A DNA stretch of 64,000 nt from a virus. Made by a program: the position numbers and the translations under genes. The notes under the pieces were generated by a model that was not told the DNA's origin, searched no databases, and saw nothing but the letters and a program-made list of their open reading frames with translations. Numbering within the stretch: the first letter of the stretch is position 1; each line of letters opens with the position of its first letter. This document shows positions 10,664-20,899 of the stretch, piece after piece. The stretch is from IMG/VR virus record IMGVR_UViG_3300023296_001674; one strand, 5' to 3'.

Positions 10664-10945
10664 TTGAATAGAATAAGTTCTTCCAAAGACTTCTTCACCA
10701 AATTAAACGACAACTTTCGACTGACAACAGTTGAAGTTATATACCGCATGCCAGATTATCAATCAATATTACAAGAATTTGTCTGGCAAACCTTAGATCG
10801 ACCACCTGAATATCCAAGAATATACAAATTTTTAGAATATTGGGAAATTAATATAGAAGCCCCGATATATAGCGTTAAAATCGCTGATAGACCCATGATA
10901 TCTATGCATGAGTTAAGGCCGGTTGATACTTATTACAAAATTTAG
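10664..10945 (+). CDS. usg: Usg-family protein (alphaproteobacterial)
   Basis: LTTVEVIYRMPDY..ILQEFVWQ..D..PEYP...KFLEYWE..IEAPIYSV matches the Usg pattern; TTG start with AGGA RBS. Confidence 0.85.
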   Translation: MNRISSSKDFFTKLNDNFRLTTVEVIYRMPDYQSILQEFVWQTLDRPPEYPRIYKFLEYWEINIEAPIYSVKIADRPMISMHELRPVDTYYKI

Positions 10946-10955
10946 AGGTAAATAA

Positions 10956-11657
10956 ATGAAAAAATCGAAATATAGTTCATTTGAAATAGATGAAATAAAA
11001 AAATGTATGGCTGATCCTATATATTTTATGACAACCTATGTTAAAATACAACATCCGGTTAAAGGACAAATAAATTTTAATGCAACGGAAGAACAATGTG
11101 AATATATAGATGCGTGCGATGATTATAGATTCGTTATAGCATCATTTGAACGACAAAAAGGTAAAACGACGGCGGGTGCGGCATATTTGTTGTGGAAAGT
11201 GTTGTTTCATCCAGATTTAACCATACTTGCTTGTGGGGCAAAGCATGAACATGCAAGGGAGATATTGTGGAGGATTCGGTATTCATATGAATGCTTGCCA
11301 GAATTTCTTCAACCGAGTACAACAACATGGAATAAAGGTTGTATAGAATTTGAAAACGGGTCGCGAATAATAGGTAATGGGATAACTGCGAACACTGCTA
11401 AAGGGCTTACTGTATCATTATTATATATTGACGAGTTCGCATTTGTAGAACCAAAATCAGCAAAAGAATTTTGGTCATCTATTGCACCAACGTTATCCAC
11501 TGGTGCAGATTGTATAATATCGTCAACCGGTAATGGCGAAAATGATAATATGTTTAAAAACATATGGATGGATTCTATAACCAATGAAGTAAATGGTATA
11601 GGCATAAATGGATTTAAATCGGTAGGTAAATATACAGTGTTGAATCGAAGATGGTAA
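10956..11657 (+). CDS. Terminase large-subunit paralog, ATPase domain only
   Basis: KIQHP, RQKGKTT Walker A, LYIDEFAFVEP Walker B, APTLSTG.DCII.ST; stops before the nuclease domain. Confidence 0.85.
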   Translation: MKKSKYSSFEIDEIKKCMADPIYFMTTYVKIQHPVKGQINFNATEEQCEYIDACDDYRFVIASFERQKGKTTAGAAYLLWKVLFHPDLTILACGAKHEHAREILWRIRYSYECLPEFLQPSTTTWNKGCIEFENGSRIIGNGITANTAKGLTVSLLYIDEFAFVEPKSAKEFWSSIAPTLSTGADCIISSTGNGENDNMFKNIWMDSITNEVNGIGINGFKSVGKYTVLNRRW

Positions 11658-13231
11658 GCCATACAGTAGACGTATCGTTAGTTAAGCGCGGACATGCTAA
11701 AAACACTTATGATTTATATAAACTAAAAGAACTAAAACGATGTATTAAAGACCCTGTGTATTTCTTAGAGAATTATATGAAAATTCAGCATCCTACAAAG
11801 GGTGCTATGTCGTTTACTCCATATGATTTTCAACGTGAATTAATAGAAACATACGCTTTTCAACGATCTTCCATAGCAATGTTACCCCGCCAGTCTGGTA
11901 AAACCACATGTGCTGCTGGATTTTTATTATGGAAGGCAATGTTTACACCCGATTCGACTATTCTCGTTGCTGCTCACCAATATTCTGGTGCTTCAGAAAT
12001 TATGCAGCGTGTTAGATATGCGTATGAAGAATTTCCCGATTTTCTTCGTGCGGGTGTTATGGAATATAACAAAGGAACAATTACATTTGATAATGGTTCA
12101 CGTATTCTATCATCTGCAACAACTGAAAAAACTGGACGTGGTTTGGCTCTTTCATTAATATATCTCGATGAGTTCGCGTTCGTAGAACCTCGTATTGCAC
12201 AAGAATTTTGGACTGCGTTGGCACCGACATTGTCTACTGGTGGTGATTGTATCATTACTTCTACACCAAATACAGAATCTGATAAGTTTGCAGAGATTTG
12301 GTTCGATGCAAATAATGTTTATGATGAATTTGGTAATGTTAGAGAAAATGGCCTTGGTGTAAATGATTTTAAATCGTTTTCAATTGATTGGAAAGTTGTT
12401 CCTAGACCAGAAACAACTGAAGAATTTGAACGAAAGATGCGTGCACAGTTAGGTGATGATCGATGGTTACGAGAATTTGAATGTCAGTTTATATCATTCG
12501 AAGAAACATTAATAGCAGGAATGATATTAAAGGATTTGAGAGGCATTGAACCAAAATCTAAGGTTGGTCGTGTGCGATGGTATGCTGATATACTACCAAA
12601 CAGAATGTATATAGTAGGACTTGATCCAAGTATGGGAACTGGTGGTGATAATGCCGCTATAACTGTATGGCGAACACCAGATATGATGCAAGTAGCCGAA
12701 TGGACTCATAATAAATCCGATACTAAAGAACAAGTGCGCGTGTTGATTGATATTTTAGTTGAAATACATCGTGCGATGAAGAGTAATCCAGAACAGACCG
12801 GAAAACCGGAAATATATTGGTCGGTTGAGAATAATTCATTGGGTGAAGCAGCCCTTCAGATTATTGATGCAACTGGTGAAGATAAGTTTCCTGGTGAGTT
12901 TGTTCATGAACCAAAGAAAAAACGTAAAGGATTTACTACCACGCCTAAAAATAAGATCGAATCATGTGTTAGAATGAAACATTTGATCGAACATAAAAAA
13001 ATGATAGTTAATTCAATGCCTATGGTTTCTGAACTTAAATCGTTCGTTCGTGATAATCGATCCTTCAAGGCAAGGGTGGGTCAATCAGATGATACGGTGT
13101 TATCAGGATTATTATGTATGAGGATATTAACCGAAGTTCAAAATTGGGATTCTGATATATATAATGAATTGGCTGATATTATAGACATCGATGATGGAAC
13201 GGCTGATCCTATGCCTGGAATATTTGCATAA
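11651..13231 (+). CDS. Terminase large subunit (gp17-like)
   Basis: YDFQ, PRQSGKTT, IYLDEFAF, TSTPN, nuclease GLDPSMG, VENN, DDTV. Confidence 0.95.
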   Translation: MVSHTVDVSLVKRGHAKNTYDLYKLKELKRCIKDPVYFLENYMKIQHPTKGAMSFTPYDFQRELIETYAFQRSSIAMLPRQSGKTTCAAGFLLWKAMFTPDSTILVAAHQYSGASEIMQRVRYAYEEFPDFLRAGVMEYNKGTITFDNGSRILSSATTEKTGRGLALSLIYLDEFAFVEPRIAQEFWTALAPTLSTGGDCIITSTPNTESDKFAEIWFDANNVYDEFGNVRENGLGVNDFKSFSIDWKVVPRPETTEEFERKMRAQLGDDRWLREFECQFISFEETLIAGMILKDLRGIEPKSKVGRVRWYADILPNRMYIVGLDPSMGTGGDNAAITVWRTPDMMQVAEWTHNKSDTKEQVRVLIDILVEIHRAMKSNPEQTGKPEIYWSVENNSLGEAALQIIDATGEDKFPGEFVHEPKKKRKGFTTTPKNKIESCVRMKHLIEHKKMIVNSMPMVSELKSFVRDNRSFKARVGQSDDTVLSGLLCMRILTEVQNWDSDIYNELADIIDIDDGTADPMPGIFA

Positions 13232-13283
13232 TAAAAGTGTTTATACTAAATATAGATAGAATTTAAAGCAAAAGGTAAAGTTA

Positions 13284-15401
13284 ATGGAAGAGCAACAATT
13301 TTTAAAAACCGTTATGGATGAAGCGGAAAAATCGCTAAGTGCTGGCGGTTATAAAAATATAGAATATTTTGATGAAAATCTTGTTGCCATGAATGGAACA
13401 GGTGGTCAAAATATTGACGGCGAAGAAACTGTTGCAAAAATGTTAAAGCCTTCCGGTAATGACCTAATATTAACGTTAGCATATGTTGACGATAACAAAT
13501 ATTTAATAACTGTCACCATGGATAAATCAACGAATAGTGAAGTATATGATAAAACTTCTGGTGATATGCTAAAACGCTTGGCTGGAACATGGGGTTCTAA
13601 ACTTGGATATCGTTTAGATACATGGGGCGGCGAAATAAAATCAAAAGATGACCGTTCTGGCATAAAAGGACAAATACAGGGTGCAACTACTATGGATACA
13701 CAACTTGACGAAACAAAATCGAAAATGACTGGAACAACAAGGTCTAGTTATCAAAAGGTTGGTGAATGTAAAGTTATTATTCGCCATACTGCACGAGTAG
13801 ACGAAGATAAATTTGGCTCAAGAAGCCGAAATATCAATTCAATTTTCATTGAAACAAAAGGCGGAGAACGCTTTAAGATGTCTGAAAATAATTTACATGG
13901 CGCACGCGCTATGGCAAGACACTTAAGTAATAGCGGTTCGCCATTTGATACGGTTGGTGTTAAAATAACAACTATGATGGAAGAAATGAAACAACTTCGT
14001 GTTATGGTTACAGAATCAAAAACGTTTAGTAGAGCAACCACAATAACTGAAGAACAAAGTGATTTGTTTTCAAATATTAAAGGTCAATATATCACATTAC
14101 GAGAAACATTAAAAAAGATGTCCGGTAAAATGGGCTATATGAATCATACTGCTATATTAGACGAAGAGAATTTACTAGAACAGGAAACTGGAAAAATGGA
14201 TGTAGATACAGTGAGCAAAGCAGCGAAAAATAAAGAAAATGAAGACACTGTTTTAAACGACCAAGTGCCAGAATATGATAGACCTGATGACGATAAGAAA
14301 AATCTTATTCGTGATGCAGATGATTTATTTTCTGTTAATGAAAACAAATATGGTGTTTCACCAGAAGAAGTTGTATTAGAAGCATGGTTTAATGATGTTG
14401 ATAGTATTGAATTTTTCAATGAAGAAGATTTGTCAATAGATGATTCAGCACCAACGATAAAAAAAACTCTTCCTGAAAATGCGTTAAGTATGCTAAACCT
14501 ATATTCTAATCATCCATTATTTGATCATTATTTGGGTTTATATGAAGAGCAAGAAATACTTGATGAAGTGTTATCACTAATTGAAGAAGATTCTACATTG
14601 TGGAATAGAGTTTCTGAAAATCGTGGAATGCTCAATGAATTTAATTCCGATATCACAGAAGCAAATTTTGAAGAATCATTAGGAAAAATTAAAAAATTAA
14701 CAGCGGATCGCCGAATGAATATGGAAAACGCGATCAATCAGGTATCTAAAGAAATAATGGGCGATAACCAAGATGCTGAAATGTTAACAAAAGTTATAGA
14801 AAAATTAACCACGTTGGCTACCGAATCTGGTTTAATGCCAAATGATTTTGGAACAACATTTACTGATCAAGTTCTAGCACCCAATGAAACAATCGAAGCA
14901 CATACTGCTGAAATAGAAGCAGAAGAATATTACGGCGATGCAAAATTTTCCGAAAGCGTTGATGAAGATACGTTTGAAGAAATGAACCAAATACGCAAGA
15001 ATGCTGGCATGGAAGCACTTGTTAGTGAAGATACTGTTGAAGAAGGTGATCCTTTTGCACGCCAGAGTAAACGAAACCTTGCTAATCCAAAAGCGCGTAT
15101 GTCTTTAATAAATCCTGAAGATAAAATAGGTTCTTCGACGTTGGGCGTGAAGGAAGGCACCGAAGGAACAGATGATGCACCAAGCTGTGCAGATTGTGGA
15201 GCAACTAAAACCCTTAATTCGCGCCATGGGTATGAATGTAAAGAATGTGATAAAGATACACCGAATATGAAAGAAGGAACTGAAAAATATGTGGAAGTTG
15301 AAATGCCACATCATCTTCCACAAGTAAAAGAAAATACTGATAAGCCAGAAATATCTGGAGATTTTTCAAGAATGATTGAATTAGCACGATATAGAAACTA
15401 A
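13284..15401 (+). CDS. Large acidic virion/head protein
   Basis: 705 aa after late promoter; GTTRSSYQ...IIRH...RSRNINSIFIE...GERF...GARAMARH block; C-terminal CxxC...CxxC. Confidence 0.6.
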   Translation: MEEQQFLKTVMDEAEKSLSAGGYKNIEYFDENLVAMNGTGGQNIDGEETVAKMLKPSGNDLILTLAYVDDNKYLITVTMDKSTNSEVYDKTSGDMLKRLAGTWGSKLGYRLDTWGGEIKSKDDRSGIKGQIQGATTMDTQLDETKSKMTGTTRSSYQKVGECKVIIRHTARVDEDKFGSRSRNINSIFIETKGGERFKMSENNLHGARAMARHLSNSGSPFDTVGVKITTMMEEMKQLRVMVTESKTFSRATTITEEQSDLFSNIKGQYITLRETLKKMSGKMGYMNHTAILDEENLLEQETGKMDVDTVSKAAKNKENEDTVLNDQVPEYDRPDDDKKNLIRDADDLFSVNENKYGVSPEEVVLEAWFNDVDSIEFFNEEDLSIDDSAPTIKKTLPENALSMLNLYSNHPLFDHYLGLYEEQEILDEVLSLIEEDSTLWNRVSENRGMLNEFNSDITEANFEESLGKIKKLTADRRMNMENAINQVSKEIMGDNQDAEMLTKVIEKLTTLATESGLMPNDFGTTFTDQVLAPNETIEAHTAEIEAEEYYGDAKFSESVDEDTFEEMNQIRKNAGMEALVSEDTVEEGDPFARQSKRNLANPKARMSLINPEDKIGSSTLGVKEGTEGTDDAPSCADCGATKTLNSRHGYECKECDKDTPNMKEGTEKYVEVEMPHHLPQVKENTDKPEISGDFSRMIELARYRN

Positions 15402-15424
15402 CCCCCAAAATATAATAAAAAACT

Positions 15425-15452
15425 AAAAACGTCACTTCGGTGGCGTTTTTTT
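15425..15452 (+). terminator. Intrinsic terminator with cUUCGg tetraloop
   Basis: AACGTCAC-TTCG-GTGGCGTT plus T run. Confidence 0.85.
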
Positions 15453-15517
15453 ATTGACTAAGTATTCGCAAGTATATATTATGTATTCGTAGCCAAAATA
15501 TAGGGTTAATTATAATA

Positions 15518-15547
15518 TTGACAAAGTAAATGATAAATAGGTATACT
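15518..15547 (+). promoter_or_regulatory. Sigma70-like promoter for the gp32 operon
   Basis: TTGACA-N18-TATACT; a second TTGACT near 15454. Confidence 0.65.
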
Positions 15548-15702
15548 ACAAAATATGATACACCATAATATTGGTAAGTTGAATATTTTTATATGCAAAC
15601 TAAATTATAAGTTTGAGTGTGGCTAACGGCCCTCTTATACAAATAGAAAACTAACATATGGCTAATAAAAGCAAATATAATACAAATACGGAGAAATACT
15701 AA

Positions 15703-16791
15703 ATGTCAAACAAACTACAAGAATTGCGTAAAAAACTACAAGAAAAAGAAAATAACCAAAATAATTTTTCAGGCGACAACGCACTATATCCTTTTTGGAA
15801 TATCCCATACAGCACAGATACCGAAATAACACCTGCATCGATTCGATTCTTACCGGATGGAAATGAGGATAATGATTACTTTTGGGTTGAAGTTCAAAAA
15901 ATCAAATTAACTTTCGCTGGCATCAAAGACGGTGACGAAAACAAAGAAGTTTTTGTTCAAGTTCCTTGTGTTGAGATGTGGGACGAAACATGTCCTATTC
16001 TTACTGCCATTAGACCGTTATTTAAAGGCGATAAAGAATCAGAAAAAACTGCTAGAAAATATTGGAAAAAGCGTTCTTATATTTTTCAAGGATTTGTTCG
16101 TGATAATCCATTAGAAGAAACCGATTCACCAGAAAATCCAATCCGTCGTTTTGCGATCAACACCAAGTTGTTTGGAAAAATAAAGGCTGGATTGATGGAT
16201 GCAGATATGGAAGAAATGCCAGATGATTATATCGCTGGTAATGATTTCAAGATTGTCAGAACTAAGCAAACAACTGAAATCGGAACATTTGCCAACTATG
16301 ATACTTCTTTCTATGCTAAAAGACCAAGTAGCCTAACGCCCGATGAAGCAGAAGCAATCGAAACTCATAAATTGAGTAATCTTACCGATTTCATGCCAAA
16401 GAAGCCAGACGCAGAAACCATGTCCGCTATTGAAGAAATGTTTTCTGCATCAATGGATGGTGAATTATATGACGCTGAACGTTGGGGTAAATTTTATCGC
16501 CCAGCCGGAGTAAAATATGAAAAACCTGCGGACGGAACTGTTGCAACTGAAAATTCAGAAACAACTGGTAAACTTGAAACTCCTAAAATTCCAGTAGAAG
16601 AGACTCCTGTATCGACACCTACTGAAACCGTGGCTGAAACACCAATAGTTGAAACACCAACTGTTGTTGCCGAAGACACGCCTTCTGCGCCTGTTGTAGA
16701 AGAACCTGCCTCTGAAGAATCAGAAGCTAAGAAGCCGCCAAGAGATGTTTTGGCTGAAATCAAAGCTAGAGCAGAAGCACAAAAAGTCTAA
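15703..16791 (+). CDS. Single-stranded DNA-binding protein (gp32-like)
   Basis: IRFLPDG, VPCVEMWDETCPI, YWKKRSY, GNDFKI, ANYDTS; acidic Pro-rich tail; GGAG RBS. Confidence 0.9.
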   Translation: MSNKLQELRKKLQEKENNQNNFSGDNALYPFWNIPYSTDTEITPASIRFLPDGNEDNDYFWVEVQKIKLTFAGIKDGDENKEVFVQVPCVEMWDETCPILTAIRPLFKGDKESEKTARKYWKKRSYIFQGFVRDNPLEETDSPENPIRRFAINTKLFGKIKAGLMDADMEEMPDDYIAGNDFKIVRTKQTTEIGTFANYDTSFYAKRPSSLTPDEAEAIETHKLSNLTDFMPKKPDAETMSAIEEMFSASMDGELYDAERWGKFYRPAGVKYEKPADGTVATENSETTGKLETPKIPVEETPVSTPTETVAETPIVETPTVVAEDTPSAPVVEEPASEESEAKKPPRDVLAEIKARAEAQKV

Positions 16792-16803
16792 ATTTGTTGT
16801 TTT

Positions 16804-16837
16804 ATGGTATGACGGAGAAATCCGTCATACCATTTTT
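16804..16837 (+). terminator. Intrinsic terminator or attenuator hairpin
   Basis: 13-bp perfect stem, GAAA loop, T run. Confidence 0.8.
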
Positions 16838-16861
16838 CATTAAAATCAAAGGAGTTACAAT

Positions 16862-17959
16862 ATGACATTCGATCCTACCTCATTAATAAAAGGTATAACA
16901 AAAACACTAAACATTCCTGTTGGCTTTTCCGATCCAAAAATTTGGATTGATACAGGAAACTATGCATTAAATCGATTAATAAGTGGTGATTATTTTAAAG
17001 GTGTTCCACTTAGTAAAGTGACAATGCTTGCTGGTGAACAAAGCGCTGGTAAATCATTGATTGCTGCTAGTGTTATGAAAACAGCACAGAAACAACATGA
17101 CGCATTCGTTATATTGTTAGATTCAGAAGGTGCGGGTGATGAACAATGGTTAATTAATGCCGGTGTTGATACCGATCCTAATAAATTTATTCGCGTTCCG
17201 GTATTCACTGTTACAACATGTACTGAAACGGTTGCTATGACAATTAAAGAATTATTAACTAGATATCCAGAAAAAGCAGTATTGATTGTTCTCGATTCGG
17301 TTGGTATGCTAGAAACTGAATCTGGTCAAGAAAAATTCTTGGCGGGTAAAACACCCGGCGACCAAGGTCAATTAGCTAAACAATTGAAAAAATTCATTAA
17401 AGGTTGCATTTTTGCAGCAGAACAAAAGAATATTGGATTTTTATGCACCAATCACACTTATGATTCTATGGATATGTTTAATCCAGATGCTAAAATAACA
17501 GGTGGTAATGGTGTGATATATGCTAGTTCTATTGTTATTGCATTAAAGAAAAAGAAACTCAAAGATACAAAAACCGAAAAAGTGTTAGAAAAATATAGAA
17601 CTGAGACTATTACAGGTGTTCATGGTATTAATACAGAAGCATTGGTATATAAGTCAAGATTTAGTAAACCATTTGAAAAAACCACTATCACTATTCCTTG
17701 GACTACCGGCATTGATCCATATAGTGGATTGTTGCAGTTGTTTGAACAGGATGGATTAATCAAACAACCAGGAACAAAAATGGTTTATACTGATAAAAAA
17801 GGCGTTGAGCATAAATACTTCCGAAAAGATATGCCAAATGAACTTCTTGATCAAATTATGAACGAAAATCCGGTTGTAATGTCTAAAGATGAAGAAATTG
17901 AAGCAGCGAGAAGAGAGTTGGCATTAGAACAAGAAGCTTTAAATGACGAGGATGATTAA
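16862..17959 (+). CDS. uvsX: RecA/UvsX-like recombinase
   Basis: IDTGNYALN, AGEQSAGKS Walker A, LDSEGA, VLDSVG, TNHTY, GGNGVIYASS, KSRF. Confidence 0.92.
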   Translation: MTFDPTSLIKGITKTLNIPVGFSDPKIWIDTGNYALNRLISGDYFKGVPLSKVTMLAGEQSAGKSLIAASVMKTAQKQHDAFVILLDSEGAGDEQWLINAGVDTDPNKFIRVPVFTVTTCTETVAMTIKELLTRYPEKAVLIVLDSVGMLETESGQEKFLAGKTPGDQGQLAKQLKKFIKGCIFAAEQKNIGFLCTNHTYDSMDMFNPDAKITGGNGVIYASSIVIALKKKKLKDTKTEKVLEKYRTETITGVHGINTEALVYKSRFSKPFEKTTITIPWTTGIDPYSGLLQLFEQDGLIKQPGTKMVYTDKKGVEHKYFRKDMPNELLDQIMNENPVVMSKDEEIEAARRELALEQEALNDEDD

Positions 17960-18201
17960 TGTCAAAAGTTGATTTAGAAGAAGTATTTTTTGATTTTTTT
18001 GATGCAGCGAAATCACACATATCAGACGCAGATCAATTATCATTATGTATAGATATGATAAGAAATCTCGAAGATGGTGGGCACGAATTAGGTGTATTAA
18101 AAGGTCATGATGATATAGTAGATGAAGCACTTAGTGAAGTATTTCCAGATTTATATGATGATGATGAAGAAGTTAATGTCGATGACGAGGGTGAATATTA
18201 A
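17959..18201 (+). CDS. Small acidic hypothetical protein
   Basis: TAATG coupling at both ends. Confidence 0.7.
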   Translation: MSKVDLEEVFFDFFDAAKSHISDADQLSLCIDMIRNLEDGGHELGVLKGHDDIVDEALSEVFPDLYDDDEEVNVDDEGEY

Positions 18202-18668
18202 TGAATAAATGGTTTACTTCCATTGTGATAAATGAGGACGTTTCTAAAGTATCAGATGCAGTTCAATATTTTGAGCAAGAAATGGTGGAAGCTAAAGCAG
18301 AATGTGATATATCAGGAAGTCTAGAGCAAGCATCTGCTAGACTTCCTGGTTATTTTCAATATAGATATAGCCAACTCCAAGAACTTGAAGGGATATTGGA
18401 ATATCTCAATATAGAACTAAAAAAACTGCGTTCTATAAGTTTTAGAGAATATAAAGAAAAGTATGATACTAGTTTGACTGCCTCTGCGATTGAAAAATAT
18501 ATCGATGGTGAGCCAGATGTTGTCGCATGGTCGAAAGAAATAAATAAAGTTGCACTGATTAGAAATCAATATATTGGTGTTACTAAAAGTATGGATATGA
18601 AAAACTTTCAAATCGGTCACGTAACTAAACTAAGGGCAATGGGTATAGAAGACGCGTTTTTACAATAA
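18201..18668 (+). CDS. uvsY: UvsY-like recombination mediator
   Basis: Helical; AIEKYIDGEPDV, KNFQIGHVTKLR..G; lies between uvsX and uvsW. Confidence 0.8.
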   Translation: MNKWFTSIVINEDVSKVSDAVQYFEQEMVEAKAECDISGSLEQASARLPGYFQYRYSQLQELEGILEYLNIELKKLRSISFREYKEKYDTSLTASAIEKYIDGEPDVVAWSKEINKVALIRNQYIGVTKSMDMKNFQIGHVTKLRAMGIEDAFLQ

Positions 18669-18696
18669 ATACTTATAGTAAGATCGAGGATTTAAA

Positions 18697-19059
18697 ATGC
18701 AAGTTACTATAAAATCTCTGGGTGTCATATTTGGCACCATTGTTGCAGCCGCAGGTGTAATAACTGCCGCATATAATTTTGTTATATGGGTTGATGATAT
18801 ATATGTAGACAACCACGAGTTGGAGATCATGATAGATGGTCAAACTGACATTCTTAATATAATGAATGATAATATCATTAATGTAGGGTCGGCTATATAT
18901 GATAGGAAGATCGATGAAATAGACCAGTGGATTAAAGATTTGTCCACACGTGAGAATATGAACAATGCCGAAAGTGCGTTCTTGATTACATTAAAAGAAC
19001 AGCGCATTGACGTTCTAGCCAAAAAGGCACAATTGAGTAAAATACAAGTGGGTTTTTGA
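18697..19059 (+). CDS. Membrane-anchored coiled-coil protein
   Basis: N-terminal hydrophobic helix; GAGG RBS; late promoter. Confidence 0.6.
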   Translation: MQVTIKSLGVIFGTIVAAAGVITAAYNFVIWVDDIYVDNHELEIMIDGQTDILNIMNDNIINVGSAIYDRKIDEIDQWIKDLSTRENMNNAESAFLITLKEQRIDVLAKKAQLSKIQVGF

Positions 19060-19060
19060 T

Positions 19061-19366
19061 ATGATTAAAAATATTTTATTTTGGGTAATTTTAAGTTCAT
19101 TTATAACTGTTGGAACTGTGCATGCAGAAAAATCCAACACTACCGATATTGAAAAATGTTTATCCGAAAATGATGCAGAACGCGAAAAATTAAAATGTGT
19201 GAGCAAAGTAATAAGCAAACAACTGAAAAAAATACCAAAAATTGATGTTACCAGAAAACTAAAAGATGCGGTTAGAAATCTTGGTGATACATTGAATAAG
19301 CCTATTCAAGTTCCGATGGGTGTTAGAAAAAGCCAAGATGTAAGACAACAACAGTATATAAAATAA
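19061..19366 (+). CDS. Small secreted protein
   Basis: Signal peptide ending VHA; two Cys. Confidence 0.55.
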   Translation: MIKNILFWVILSSFITVGTVHAEKSNTTDIEKCLSENDAEREKLKCVSKVISKQLKKIPKIDVTRKLKDAVRNLGDTLNKPIQVPMGVRKSQDVRQQQYIK

Positions 19367-19370
19367 CAAA

Positions 19371-19400
19371 TTGACTTTATACTGTGTTTTTTAGTATAAT
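19371..19400 (+). promoter_or_regulatory. Sigma70-like promoter for uvsW
   Basis: TTGACT-N18-TATAAT. Confidence 0.7.
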
Positions 19401-19429
19401 AACACTATAAAAACAATATTGGTAAAGTA

Positions 19430-20899
19430 ATGAGTAAACCCTGTACATTAAAAATACTTGATGAAGTAAATATAAAATTTGACGGATTGACTGGACCCGA
19501 AGGGGCTACTGTTCGTCGTAAAATGGTGAATGCACTTAAGTTTGAAGTTCCTGGCGCAAGATTCATGCCAGCGGTTAAACTTGGTAGGTGGGACGGTAAA
19601 GAAAGTTTTTGCACCGTTGGTGGCTCAAGTTTCATAAATGCATTAGAAATATTAATTCCTATCGTTGAAGGTGCGGGATATGATATCGCGTTAGAGGATT
19701 ATAGATCAGCAACAACATATGAATTTGATCCAATTGATGAGAATATGTTCAGTCATGTGAAATGGCCCGAAGGGCATCCGGCTGAAGGCACACCCATCGT
19801 GTTGCGTGATTATCAAGTAAATTGTATCAATGAATATTTAGATAATACACAATGCATTCAAGAAATATCAACCGCTGCTGGTAAAACAATTATAACGGCG
19901 GGTTTGAGCCATATTGTCGAACGTGAAACCGGTGGAAGAACTGTTATTATCGTTCCAAATAAATCACTAGTGGGTCAAACCGAAGAAGATTATTTAAACG
20001 TGGGTTTAGATGTTGGTGTATATTTCGGTGATCGTAAAGATATAGGTAAACAGCACACTATTTGCACATGGCAAAGTTTGGAAGTATTAGCAAAGAAGGG
20101 TTCGATAGATGGTTTAAATCTTATTGAAGCATTTTTGGATAATGTCAAGTGTGTCATAGTTGACGAGTGTCATGCAGCAAAAGCAAAAGTTTTAAAGAAA
20201 CTTCTAACTGAATCATTTAATCATGTTCCTATTCGATGGGGACTAACTGGAACCATACCAGAAGAAGAGCACCAACAACTCATTTTGACTTTTTGTATTG
20301 GTGATATGATAAATCAATTAACGGCAAAAGAACTTCAAGATATAGGCGCATTATCTATGTGTCACATCAATATTGTCCAAACACAAGACAGTGGTGAATA
20401 TAAAACATATCCAGAGGAATTAAAGTATTTGGTATCTGAACCAGCAAGGATGAAATTCATTGCTGGCTCAATCACACGTATTATAGAAACAGGTAATACG
20501 TTGATATTGGTTGACCGATTAAAGGCTGGTGAATTATTAGAAGAATTTATCGATGATTCAGTGTTTTTAAGTGGCGCTGACAAGACTGCTGTTAGAAAAG
20601 AAGAATTTGATAAAATAAATAAAGCAGATAATGGTGTAGTTATTGCTACTTATGGTATTGCATCTACGGGTATTAACATACCAAGAATATTTAACTTGGT
20701 TATGATTGAACCTGGAAAAAGTTATATTCGCGTGATACAATCCATTGGTAGAGGTATTCGTACAGCCAAAGATAAAGATTTTGTAGATGTTTGGGATTTT
20801 ACAAGTTCATTGAAATTTTCTAAACGCCATCTTACAAAAAGAAAATCATATTATAAAAAAGTTAATTATCCATTCACAGTAACAAAGGTAAAATATTAA
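19430..20899 (+). CDS. uvsW: UvsW-like SF2 helicase
   Basis: LRDYQ, TAAGKT, VDECH, GLTGT, STGINIP, QSIGRGIR. Confidence 0.93.
   Translation: MSKPCTLKILDEVNIKFDGLTGPEGATVRRKMVNALKFEVPGARFMPAVKLGRWDGKESFCTVGGSSFINALEILIPIVEGAGYDIALEDYRSATTYEFDPIDENMFSHVKWPEGHPAEGTPIVLRDYQVNCINEYLDNTQCIQEISTAAGKTIITAGLSHIVERETGGRTVIIVPNKSLVGQTEEDYLNVGLDVGVYFGDRKDIGKQHTICTWQSLEVLAKKGSIDGLNLIEAFLDNVKCVIVDECHAAKAKVLKKLLTESFNHVPIRWGLTGTIPEEEHQQLILTFCIGDMINQLTAKELQDIGALSMCHINIVQTQDSGEYKTYPEELKYLVSEPARMKFIAGSITRIIETGNTLILVDRLKAGELLEEFIDDSVFLSGADKTAVRKEEFDKINKADNGVVIATYGIASTGINIPRIFNLVMIEPGKSYIRVIQSIGRGIRTAKDKDFVDVWDFTSSLKFSKRHLTKRKSYYKKVNYPFTVTKVKY

Noticed and set aside
10956-13231. Terminase split by an intron, intein or frameshift
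   Set aside because: Both ORFs contain the same ATPase motifs and the second is complete, so this is a duplication
18697-19366. Spanin pair
   Set aside because: The second protein has an Ala-type signal cleavage site and no lipobox Cys
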